Shown here: one piece after another, positions 1 through 11,505 of the stretch
Position numbering within the stretch: the stretch's first letter is position 1
How the letters are laid out: every line of letters begins with the position of its first letter
Source of the DNA: Tubiluchus corallicola
Lineage: Eukaryota; Animalia; Priapulida
DNA length: 64,000 nt
Direction: 5' to 3'
Assembly (NCBI GenBank): GCA_030141605.1
Contig: JAQGDQ010000001.1
Span: 1,736,001-1,800,000, forward strand
The notes under the pieces: generated by a model
The model's database searches: none
What the model saw: the letters and a program-made list of their open reading frames with translations, nothing else
What the model was told of the DNA's origin: nothing
Made by a program: the position numbers and the translations under genes

Positions 1-880
1 CATTTGTATTTGTGACTTAGTATTAGTGTTTTTATAATGATGTAAATCATTTTGAGCACAAAGTGTCTATACTTTAAAAGTTTATGAATAAATGCAGAGG
101 CAGTGTAAAATAAATAACGGTTGTGTTTTATATGTGTACATCTAAGGCGTGTTAGGTCGTGCATAGGATTGTGCTTATTATTGTTATTATTTAAACTACA
201 GTAAGTTGGTAGCAAGTATACCTGTGCTTGTCAGTTGGAGACACGAATCAGATCAAAATACTTTTGCCACAGGTGTGGAGTATCACGAATAAAACAAACT
301 ATGATTTCTTTACTTGAAACAAGCTATGCCTCAACGAAGTAATTTTTTTAATTGAAAAAACTATTTGACAACTAAGGACTAATAAAGGGTTTATAACATA
401 CCACAAAATGTAAGCTTAACAACACACAAAAAGTGATATACATTATTCTTTGCCCTATGTTTTATAGTCCTAAGCTTAATGCAGGTAGCTGATTCTTTAA
501 ATTTAATACTTGCCTATGTAATGCTACCCAGTTTAACTATGAAGCCAGGTTGTCCAGTGCTCTACACCTTAAAGCATTGTTCAGACAAGCTGTTAATGAT
601 TTTTTGCCATCTAGACACGGGCTGCTGCAGCAAAAGGAGACCCGGGCTAATTGCCAAGTGTGGATAATTGCTTTTTATCATCGTCAATCAAAAATGATCT
701 TAGTTTTTTTTACAATAAACTTTTTGTGGTTGTAATACCGATTCTTTTAATACTACAGTTTCGAAGTGTGCACTAATATACTGTTATTAAAGTGACTCAT
801 AGAGATAAGAAATCTCATTTTTTATTTCAGTATTGCCATTTATATTATGGTATATGAGCTGTTATTACATATTTTTGTAG

Positions 881-3800
881 ATATCCAAACTGCAGAACTT
901 AAAAGAAAAACTAAATAAAGTGAAGGATAGTTTGAGTGACAAAGAGATAAATGTCTGGCACGCACACACTGAGAAAACCAATAAAGCGGGAAGTATTATT
1001 AACCATTTGAGAAGTTTTGTAAACCCTGAGCTGTGTACACAAGCTTGGACGAAATTTTACGAAATACTCGGAACTTTTCCGCTAATTCCAGGTAACTTTC
1101 AAATGTTTTGACAGGCTGTTTTTTCCAAATTGTTAGTGAAAAAAGTAGTTCCAATCTTGTGAGATTATTTTTAAAAATAGTTGAATGTCTGAAATTGCAA
1201 CACCTAGCCAAATGACTAGGTAACGTCTTTATGTAAATTTTAAAAATAGTCCAAGCTTAATAAATTATGAATGCAGTTTTTATAATTTTGCTGTCCCTGT
1301 CATTATGAATACATCAAATATGCATAAATTTAGTGTTAAAGGTTGATTTCTTGGTGAATAATTGCACTGGTAGTATACTCGCTTAATATTTCACAGCGCT
1401 GAATGTGTATTATAATACAAATAGTTCGAATATGAAATCTGCACTACATATCGCAATTAATGAGATGTAAAAAAGTCATTTGAAGTATTTGCTTTTACGT
1501 CTTAGTTTTAAATATATATCTAGAGTTACTGGTTATTGGTTATTTGCTTAAGTGCTATATTTATGATATTCTACAGATGGTGATGAACAGTTTAATTCTG
1601 TTCATTTGTGTGAAGCACCTGGAGCCTTTATAACTAGTCTCAACCATTACATTAAGTCTAGGAGAATCTCGGTTCCCTGGACGTGGCTTGCAACAACGCT
1701 AAACCCATACTACGAAGGAAATGACCCTTTTGTAATGATAGACGATGATAGGTGCTGGTTTTAAATATTTATGTAATTCATCAGTTTTGCTCTTGTGTCA
1801 CAGTATTTTTGATTATGTATTCAAGGCACGAATTTCTGACAAACTTCTCTAGAAATATGTGAAATTTGTTCTACAGTAGCTTTTACTAGAAAAGCATTAT
1901 ATATATACGCACAGTTTTGTTTGCTTTGCGCCGCCTATTGTTTACGTGCACAATCTTGTTTTTGGAAAAATCGTGACAGCTACAGAATTTCATATGTAAT
2001 TTTTCATTTGAAGGCTGTCCAAGTCATTTAGTCAACTTGCATTTATGTTTTATGGTCATATTGTTACATTTAAATACTATTATTACAGGTTCATAGTTAC
2101 AACTTTAAAATCTTGGTACTTTGGCAAGGACAACACAGGTGATGTGACAAAGTTGTCGAATTTGCTGGGCTTGCTGGAAGAAGTTGACAAGAAACTGGAT
2201 GTTGTTCATTTGGCAAGTACTCAAGATTTGGATTGTCAATATTTGACATTTGTAAATTAATTTGTTTATTACTAGCTCTTGTTGTATCTGTGGACCTGGT
2301 GATGTTGTCATGCGCTACTTTGGTTGTGAGAATGAAAATTTATTAAGACACATTTTTTTTATATTAAGTAATCACAGGCATATAGTAACAGTAGACAAAA
2401 ATAGTGGCATTTTCATGTTTATTAGATTTCAGAAGTGAAATGCAAGAAAACAAATATTCTAAATAATATAATTGTTATATAAATGTAGCTATTTATACCT
2501 AAAATATAACTAACATATTTTTGTTAAATTTTTGATATTGATTTGCTGATTTACCACAGAGTGTGCACAACTCACAAAATCGCATCAAACTACGCTATTC
2601 AGCATTACTAATACTGGTGTAACAAACAAATGTTTTCATTTGGTTACAAGTTTCTTAGCCACTGAGCTAGTAGGCAAGGAACCTGTGAACATTTTACTAT
2701 ATTCTGTAGTTAACTGTGATTTCATCTACTTTCACATGTTTGTCAGTTAGTAAATTGTAGTGTTTTTGGCAGTTATGCATATTTCTGTGACTTTATATGA
2801 CTAACACTCATACTTAATATGCCTGTGCCTGTTTACTATATTTTGTAAATCTGAACTTGTAATCTTGTAATGTAACTTTTGTATGAACGCATTTTTACCA
2901 GGTGACAGCAGATGGTAGTTTTAATTGTCAGAACAATCCAGCTGCACAAGAGCAGATTACGGCACCCTTGTATTACTGTGAAATGGTTTCTGCTTTTCAT
3001 ATTCTTTCACCAGGTGGCTCATTTATCCTGAAAATGTTTACACTGTTTGAGCACACGTCAGTCTGCTCCATATATCTATTGAATTGCCTGTTTGATGAGG
3101 TTTGTGACCTTATTCATTAATTTATGTCAAAATAGACTGTAGCAAAGCCATGTAAATTCTAATTTTTTGAGACAAATGTCCTGAAATCTATATTATGAAC
3201 TTGGTGGTCAGGGTTCTTGATGTTTCACTTCTACTTTTTGCTTTTGTTATTCCAGGTAACTATTTTTAAGCCAGCTACTAGTAAATCTGGTAATTCAGAA
3301 GTGTATGTTATCTGTCAAGGTTACTGTGGCAAATCTAAGTTTCCTTCCACTTTTCAAAAACTTTTACAAGAATATGGTAGGTTTACTGTCTGTTAACATT
3401 GTTTTAATATCAAATTTCCAATGTATTTTAAAAATACACTTGTATGTCAAAATTCTGAGACAGAAGCCTTCCAATTACTGTATGTCATAGCAGTGATGAT
3501 ACATCATTATAGCTAATCTTAAAATATTAGTACCCTCATGTTGAGATTTCTCGATATATAAACATTATATTCATACACTCATATCTGGGTTTTCTGGAAC
3601 TCGCTTTCGGAAGAATATATCTGAAGGGTTATAGAAGGGATATCGGTAGAATCAGACAAAATACTAGTTCCACATATTACGGATATAGTCCGTAGCTTTG
3701 CGAGCTGACCACTATTTATTTTTTATTTATTTATTTATTAAATATATCCACAATGATCATTACAGCATTGTACATAAAAGTATTTAATAATATATTTATT

Positions 3801-6800
3801 ATTATGTGCACAAGATGCCAAGCCGCAAATGACCCGTGGGGTACTCAAGAAGTAATTACTTGTTTAGAGTACCCCAAATGAATGTGGACTGAGTGTAATA
3901 GAAAAGAGCAGTAAAGGAGTAGAAGGAAAGGTTAATAGAGAATAGAAAGAAGGAGAAAGATGTGGTGGTATCTGTATGAGTAACATGACCTATAGAAATG
4001 TGAAAATTGACATAGCCAGCAACACAATGGATTCCGACAGGGACAGCAGTGTAATTAATCAAATTGATTTGTTCTGTATAATTAGAAAAGATTTCACTTT
4101 TGAAATTTCTTTTGAAGTTATTTATAGATAAAGAATTTTTTATGTATTCGTCGATGTTATTCCAAAGTCTAGGGCCAGTGTTAGTGATGAAGTGCCTTGC
4201 CGCGTCAGTCCTGCAACACTTAATACGAAATTTGTTAAATCTTGTTGAGTAATGTCTTACGTTAATAGATAATGGGTTTAAAAAGAAAGCGGGGAGAAGT
4301 TTATGTTTGGTTTTGTAGATGTATACAGCGGTATTCAGGTTTATTAGATCATTTAGCACTAGGATGGAATAATTCTTAAAAAGATTAAGACCTACATGTT
4401 CACGCTTGTTCAAATTAGCTATCAATCTTATAAATTTACGTTGTAGAGAGTTTAGTTTAACTAGAGTTGAAGGGTAAAAAGTTGGTGGGCTGTCACTTTG
4501 TTTACACCTTGCTCAGAAACAAACTACTTAATGTGATTGTTTGGACTACGTATGTTATAGTGCACAGAAGTGTAGTAAGACGAAACAAAAATAGTAGAAG
4601 CTCATTGATCACACAAAAGTATCTTATTTAAGTATGTGCAGAAAAATATAGAGTCAATTGTGCTGAGTTATTTGAGTCAATTGCCAACGGTTTTTATATA
4701 CTTTTGCATGGGAGTGGCCCATACTAGATGTTTTTGAGACAATTAGGCTATTGATTCTACATTATTGTGAGTCTAATACACGGTGCCTACTGTATTAGTT
4801 TAGTCACTAAATATGGACAATCGGCATATTCAGATTGATGCTGCCTGCTTTTGTCCGGCAAACCGAGATATGAGTGTATATTGTTGGATTTATAATAGTC
4901 AATTAAGATATGTTAATATATTGTAAAATATTTATTTAAAGGTAGTGTGGCATAGTATATTCAGTGTAGTGCCGCATACTACATGTAGCATGGCATGCTA
5001 TGGATAATTCGGAAAATGAGTGATAGACGCATAAGTTATCACGTCCTTTGTTTGTGATCAGCTCCTTTGTCGAACACTTTGTCAATAGTATAAAATACAG
5101 TACATTATGTCTTTTGTAACCAAACTGTTTATCGCAATTTGCGTTGTTTTGTACTTAGCTTGGCTTGCTTAAGTTAAATGTCTTTTTTATTGGCAGACTC
5201 TGCGAGTGATATGTTTTCCAATTCTATGGTTTCACTAGCAAACATTCCAGACAGTTTCATTGAGCAACACTTGGAATGTTGCTCCTTTTTTACTTCCTGT
5301 CAAATTGAAACAATAGAAGCAAATAAAGATTTATGGGAGAATTCCACAGAGTCAGTTTGGAGGTATTTAAAGGATGTTAAAGAACTAGCTGTGCAGACTT
5401 ACTGTGAGCGTTTCCAAATGGGTGCTATTGCTGATTCAGAAAAAATATCTTCTGCAAGTCAGGTAATATTAATGGTTCATGTGTAACTAGGTACATTCCT
5501 TTACGAAAAATATTTTAGTAGTACAATATTAAAAAATGCACTGAACAACAATCTTTATCAATGAATCAACTTTCTCAATTTCAAATGTTTAACAACTGTT
5601 CTGAAAGAAATTGGCATTAATTTTATTTTTGTCTGAATATTAAATGTGTATATTCAACAGCTTGCAAGCACAGAGACCTAGATATAGTGATTTTATTAAA
5701 CGAGTACAGTTATGCCTTGCTATTTGCAAATTCTTCATTTGCTCATTTCATGAGCAGAACTCTTAATGAAACAACATTTTTATCATTTTCAGAACTTTAT
5801 CTTGTTATTTTCACATTATAAATAATTTACGATTGTATACTAACTTTTCAACACTTGGCCCAACACTTGTGTCTAACATAACAGACAATTTTTTAAAATT
5901 ACAGCTAAATATTTAAAAACCAAATGCAAAATTTACAGTTTTTTTAGATGTGATAGACCTTAAAGAATAAAACATGTTGTTAGCTATGAATGCAGCTTTT
6001 TTTAATTTGAAAAAGTGTTGGATGGTTGGTCATGAGTGAATGAGTTAACAGTGACATAGTTCTACCTTAAATACACCTGGTATTTTGGTCTAGTTATACA
6101 ACTAATATCATGAACTAAAAAGAAATAAAAAATATTTTTCAGACAAAAAATTCTTTCGTATCAAAAAGTTACGCAAGTCAAGGAGGGCGAAAACTGAGAG
6201 GCAGTTTTGTAGAGAGACTCAAAAGTCCCAAGCCACATACTTGGCGTGAAAAAACATTTAAGGTCTTGGAACCATGTCAAATGCCATGTGGCTACTACTG
6301 GTGGTCACTCAAGGTGTGTTAAGTGCTAGCTTATAGCTTGCCTTTGAAATAAATTTCAAAGTCTAGAAAATCTCAGTTTGAATTTTTGGATGCAGGTTCT
6401 GCAGCAAAGTTAAACACTATTGTTGGCTAGTGTATCTAAACTTTTCTAGGGAGTCCAGGGTACAGGTATTTTTTAATGTAAATTGTTACTTTTTCCGGCA
6501 ATGTAGCCTAACTTATCAGTACATGAAGCTCCCTACCATCTGGACAGAATGAGTGAATTCATTGAGGTGAAAGTTCTTACAACTGTTTGACTTATTTGCA
6601 GGTTGCTTCAGTTAGATGATGTTAGTCGTGACTTTAAGTTGTTTTAGAAATTTCTGTGAATTTTAAAAAATTCTGGTTGCATTCAAAAGTGCATAGCAAG
6701 CAGTTTCTTGATAACTAAGATTTCTCAATAATTTGTTGCATATCGATAATGTACTATAAAATATGTTGTGGTGCATTTGGTTTTCAGAAAAAGGCATTAG

Positions 6801-9800
6801 TTAGTAACCGAAACTGCATTAGTGTTTAAACATTTGTTTTCTGCTTCGTTTTGCAAAAATTTGCCTAATTATTATTGGTTTAATTTCTAGGCGCCAATAG
6901 AAGGAGCATCTTTGCAAACTAGTGACTTGGACATTGTTGTAGGAAAGAAGATGACTACAGTGTTGTCTACAAAATTTTGCAATCCGAATGTCATGGAGAT
7001 TTTTAATGAATCTCTTTGCGATGAAAAGGTTGTATGTTTGTGGTTTGATGCCATAATTTTTTATTACCTTACAGCATGTGCAATAAAAAAAATAATGAAA
7101 AGACCCTATAATTGATTGAGGTTTTGTTTATTGGACAGATTTACCAATGTGCTAGACCAGAATATTAAGTTGAGGTCTTTCGTTTTCTTTCCATTTTGTT
7201 TTGACAATACTTTTCTATTTTTTACGTTTATCTACTTTTTTCTTTCGTTGAAGCCATGTTAAAGCATAATGTTATAGCTGTGATAACAGCAGCAAATTTT
7301 CTTTTTGTACTGATTTATTTCATATTGATACTATGTGACATCCAGTATGGCATTGTACGTAAACATGAAAAATGCTTAGAGATGTAAAAGTGAAATACTT
7401 TAATAGGTTCAAGAGATGTTTGTACCCATTAAACTATTTCAACATGTTTCAAAGTGTTAACATATCAATAAAATAGGTGCAAAAATGCAGCAGGCTGTTA
7501 TGGCTATTTGTGTGCAATAACGCATGTTTAGAAAAAATAAAGTAATCTTGTTTGTGTTTTCTAGCTGATGTGTAAGCTCAAAGAAGCAACAGAACAGATT
7601 TCAGAATGGGTGCCATCATTTGTGCAGTTTCTTAATTCACAGTTGACTACTTCATCTGAATTTTACATCAGTTGTTTAGCAGAAATTAGCAGTACTTGTA
7701 CTTTTGCTAGTCATGTGATAAAGTGCTTGTCTGACACTGTGTCTCAGAAAGTAAGAAATGTTGGTTATTTTGCTTTATTTGATGCACTAATCACTAAAAT
7801 TAGAATATTTAACTAAAATTTGCCAAATTGTTTTGGTGCCATTGTACCTCGCTAATGTTTTAGCAGTTTCTCTAATTTTGTGAAACAGTTATTGAGTGCC
7901 AAATAGGTGGTTTGGCTTCTTTTGTATCAGTGAAACCATACAACCCATTAAAAACAGTAAATCTTAGGTTTTTAGTTTTACATTGTTACATTGCTAGAAA
8001 ACATTCATTAATAGCTTATTATTCTTGGCAAACGTATATCGAAAGTTGGGTAATGATCAGCATTACTAAGTTTAAGTATTCCTGGATTTTTTTTTATTAT
8101 ATTGGTTTATTTTCAGGTGGTAGTCAACACACTCACCGGTAAATCTTTGGACGAATCACATAGTGAGCAAGTAGGGCTTAGTGTGAAAAGTAGTTACGTA
8201 AGTGACACTCATCAGAAAAATAGACTTCTGAATGTTCAGACGGAAAAAACATATTTAAAAAGTGCAGCAAACCCTCAATGTGCACAAAATGTGTCACCGC
8301 TTTCTGTCGACGAAAGCTGTGATAAACTTGACTATGATGAAAGTAAAACCTCTGCTAGTACTACTTGGATACATATCGTTGATGTGACAGGGTTTTCACA
8401 GGAGGATATTAGCTACGGGAGAGAAGAACTAGCAGCTAGCTCTACACTTATTAGCCTTTGCTTGGAATCTTTAAATGTATGTTTATATTCTTGTTCTTGG
8501 CGAAATGTAGTTCTAAAGTTGTTAAAATTTAAAATTTTATATTTTATACTTTACTAAATGAAATAAAAAATTATGTTTTGTTATATTTTTTGTAGTATCA
8601 AGTTTACTTTGTTGTCCTATTAGGCTGTCTCTCCCGTTATTTGAGTTATCAAATGTGGCTTCCTGTAGTTTACATCTTTCTTTGTTAGTTTGTGTTACAC
8701 AAGCATTACATCTTTGCTTTTGGAAAAAACATGATTTCTGCATATTGCTAAAGTGTGAGCGATGGCAGTGAACAAGCTGGAATGGTGTATGAAAATAGTG
8801 TCTGCTTCTGCACTGTTGTGGCATGAAACTTGTGACAATGATAACATAGTCTTAAAATATTTAGCTTAACTGACTTGGTTATTTTGCTTTAGGAATTGAC
8901 GACATAATCTCAGTTAGTTCGCCTTTGATACTGTATTAATTAAATGCCTAAATGAACTAAAAAAAAACTAGATGATACAGCCTTCTACATTTATTGCTAG
9001 GCTTCTTATTTGGAAAAAGTTTTTATTATTTTGTTCATTGTTCATGATGCATTATTCACTTGGAATTATCTAGCTGTACCTGTAAGTGTACATCGTAGAT
9101 TACATTAGGTTTAGTATGTACCATGAATAAATTACTTAAATTGGAAGTGTCATTAAACCACTGCTTTTTCAGAGAAAGCAACAGTCTAAATAGTATATAG
9201 TTATAAACATGTGCATTTCACTTTCAGACTTTACCAACAGGAGGGGCACTGGTCATTGTCATGTTTGATTGTTTGACACGGGTGTCAATAGGAATGCTGT
9301 ATATCCTATACAAGCTTTTTAAACAGGTTTGTGCCAAGAATTTTAATGCAGTCAACATTGTGAGGGCTGGTGGCCCAGACATTTCTGTAAGTGTTCTGAC
9401 AAGAAAATCCTATGGCAGCTTTCAACATGACATTTTGATTTACAATAAAGAAAACAAACTTTTTATTCTTGTAATGGTTTCTTTCAGATCGGCTTCTTCA
9501 AACCATTGTGTAGTCTTGAAAGTTGTACTAGAGTGTTAGTGTGCACAGAGTTCAGGGGATGTGAATCAAACATCTTGTACCATTTACAATGTGCTTTAGA
9601 CACAGCAAATGTCTTTCCTGAGCAGCAGCTGTTACAAGTAACAAGCATCTCATGCTTGTTTGGTAAGACTGATTTTTTTTTGAGAATTAAGCTTGTTGAA
9701 GTTTAGGTTTCAGTTTCATTGTTGAGACAAAAGAAGTGCTAAGGCTGTGCTTTAAGGCCTGTATGAATTGATAAATCTTTGTATGTTGTGTCTTTGTGCA

Positions 9801-10058
9801 CTTAAGTAAGGTTTTAGAACATTCCTAATGGGATTCTAAAGGCATTGGTATCTGCATGAAATGTTACTTCTGATAAACAGCTGTAAAAATAATTCACCTC
9901 ATTCAACATATTTAAGCAGAATGGTAGCAGTCTTAAAAGTATCATAGTAAAATGTTATATTTTTTGCAGATAAAAATTTCTTCCACTTTATCTGTCAGAC
10001 AAATGATCAGATTTTGAGCAGTCGACTATTGCAGCTTGCGAAAATGGCAGATTTGTGA
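881..10058 (+). CDS. CMTR2: Cap-specific mRNA (nucleoside-2'-O)-methyltransferase 2 (FTSJD1), multi-exon, 5' exon(s) not resolved
   Basis: Phase-consistent exons: 881-1091, 1577-1751, 2089-2212, 2902-3099, 3256-3376, 5197-5462, 6143-6313, 6891-7028, 7565-7750, 8117-8476, 9228-9326, 9488-9662, 9970-10058 (TGA), about 770 codons visible. Motifs [66 protein letters not shown] and [13 protein letters not shown] give an intact K-D-K-E tetrad of RrmJ/FtsJ methyltransferases. C-terminal exons are less certain than the catalytic ones. Confidence 0.93.
3716..4476 (-). mobile_element. 5'-truncated non-LTR retrotransposon (CR1/L2-like) 3' end in a CMTR2 intron
   Basis: ORF 3856-4425 reads ...[52 protein letters not shown], the typical post-RT C-terminus of CR1/L2 ORF2. 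A short (AATA)n-type tail lies at about 3716-3740 on the minus strand. Confidence 0.8.
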
Positions 10059-10376
10059 GTTAAAAAGCAGTGATCAGTAATATTTGCAGCTGATTTGAGG
10101 TGGAAATGGATTAATCCTGTATGTAGACTGTGTATATAATAAATAGTATATATGTATAATATTATATATGTACATATATAATATATATGTAGACAATATA
10201 TATATCTACTATTATTATTATTACTATTACTGCTTTGTTGTAAATTGTGTTGACGATTGTATTGTACCCCAATATTGTGGGGGGGGGGGGTTGTCTGTGT
10301 TTTTTCTTCATTGTAATGTACTGCATTGTTTATGTAATGTTTTGTAACTTGTAATTGCAATTGATTGTAAATCGTC

Positions 10377-10382
10377 AATAAA
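10377..10382 (+). terminator. Candidate polyadenylation signal for CMTR2
   Basis: AATAAA about 320 nt after the CMTR2 stop, followed by T/GT-rich sequence. A second AATAAA occurs near 10138. Confidence 0.35.
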
Positions 10383-10658
10383 TATTTGTTATAATGCTGT
10401 GTATAGAGAATTATGTAGTTGCTATTCGAAGATGTCTGCCATCTTCAGTTAGTGCAGTTTGGTGACCACGTAGTAGCTTATTCGAGTGTGATTTTAGGTA
10501 ATGTTATGTAGTACAAATGTGTAATTATCAATCATTGCATCAATTCGGAAAACTATTTCTCATTATAGAATTGATATTACTTTTGAAATATCATAATGTT
10601 GATTTCTCTGCTTGTCATTATTTGTCGTTTTCTTCATTTGACTATATTGCCATTACTG

Positions 10659-10722
10659 AATTTGTATAACTTAACAGCCTGTATACAATACATCGTATAC
10701 AGGCTGTTAAGTTACACAAATT
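10659..10722. repeat. Inverted repeat / hairpin (28-bp stem, 1 mismatch, 8-nt loop)
   Basis: aatttgtataacttaacagcctgtatac (10659-10686) pairs with gtatacaggctgttaagttacacaaatt (10695-10722). Weaker pairing extends to about 10643-10746. Confidence 0.85.
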
Positions 10723-11505
10723 TAGCAATATAGTAATGGCGCGATATGATACAAGCAAAGCAACAACTATACTGTATATTAAAATGACAATATTTCTAAA
10801 ACAAAAAATATATATAATGAATGCTGCTTCAATTTCAATAATATTTGTATCCTTACAAAGTTACAAGTAGAGGGCTTATTAATATGTATCGATGTAATGG
10901 TGTGTATCTACAAAATAGATTTATAAATTTAGTTCAGTTATTAATTTCCAGTCCTCAACTGATTTTGATTCTGATCCATTCTCATACCAAAAATAAAATA
11001 TATAAGAGCAAAATTTCATTGTAGTTTTTTTGGAAATTTAATATTGGTATACAAATGTACGAAATTACAGTATATTAGAATCACAATTAAGAAATGCCAC
11101 TTAAAAAAGATGCACAGGTAGGAATGAAAGCGTGGGAAAACAAAATACAAAAAAGTACTAATTTACATAACTAGTGTCAAATGTTTTATGCATGCTTAAA
11201 ATGAAACAAGACTCGGGTTTTTATTTAAGAGATGATTTATATTATAATTACAAATTAAAGGCTGAATATATTAATGCTCATATTAAGATTACAAAATATT
11301 AATTAGTGAATGAAAGATTAATCAAACTTATTGCACTATTCTAACTAACACTGCATTAAACTAATTAAAAAAACAATTTTATTGTTAACAAAAGTTAATT
11401 TAAAATTTATTTAAAGTATATAAAAGAAAGTAAGTGGCTTTTCATTGACAACAGGAATCAGTAATCGAGAAAAATTCTATTTGAATTTTAGCTGAATTTA
11501 TTGAT

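Noticed and set aside
549-657. Possible upstream CMTR2 exon (LSSALHLKALFRQAVNDFLPS...ANCQ)
   Set aside because: The phase would fit, but the acceptor lacks a pyrimidine tract and the peptide does not clearly resemble the CMTR2 N-terminus; the true 5' exon probably lies outside the window.
10847-10856. GTATCCTTAC resembling a U12-type 5' splice site
   Set aside because: It lies beyond the CMTR2 stop and candidate poly(A) signal with no associated exon; none of the modelled introns has a U12 donor.
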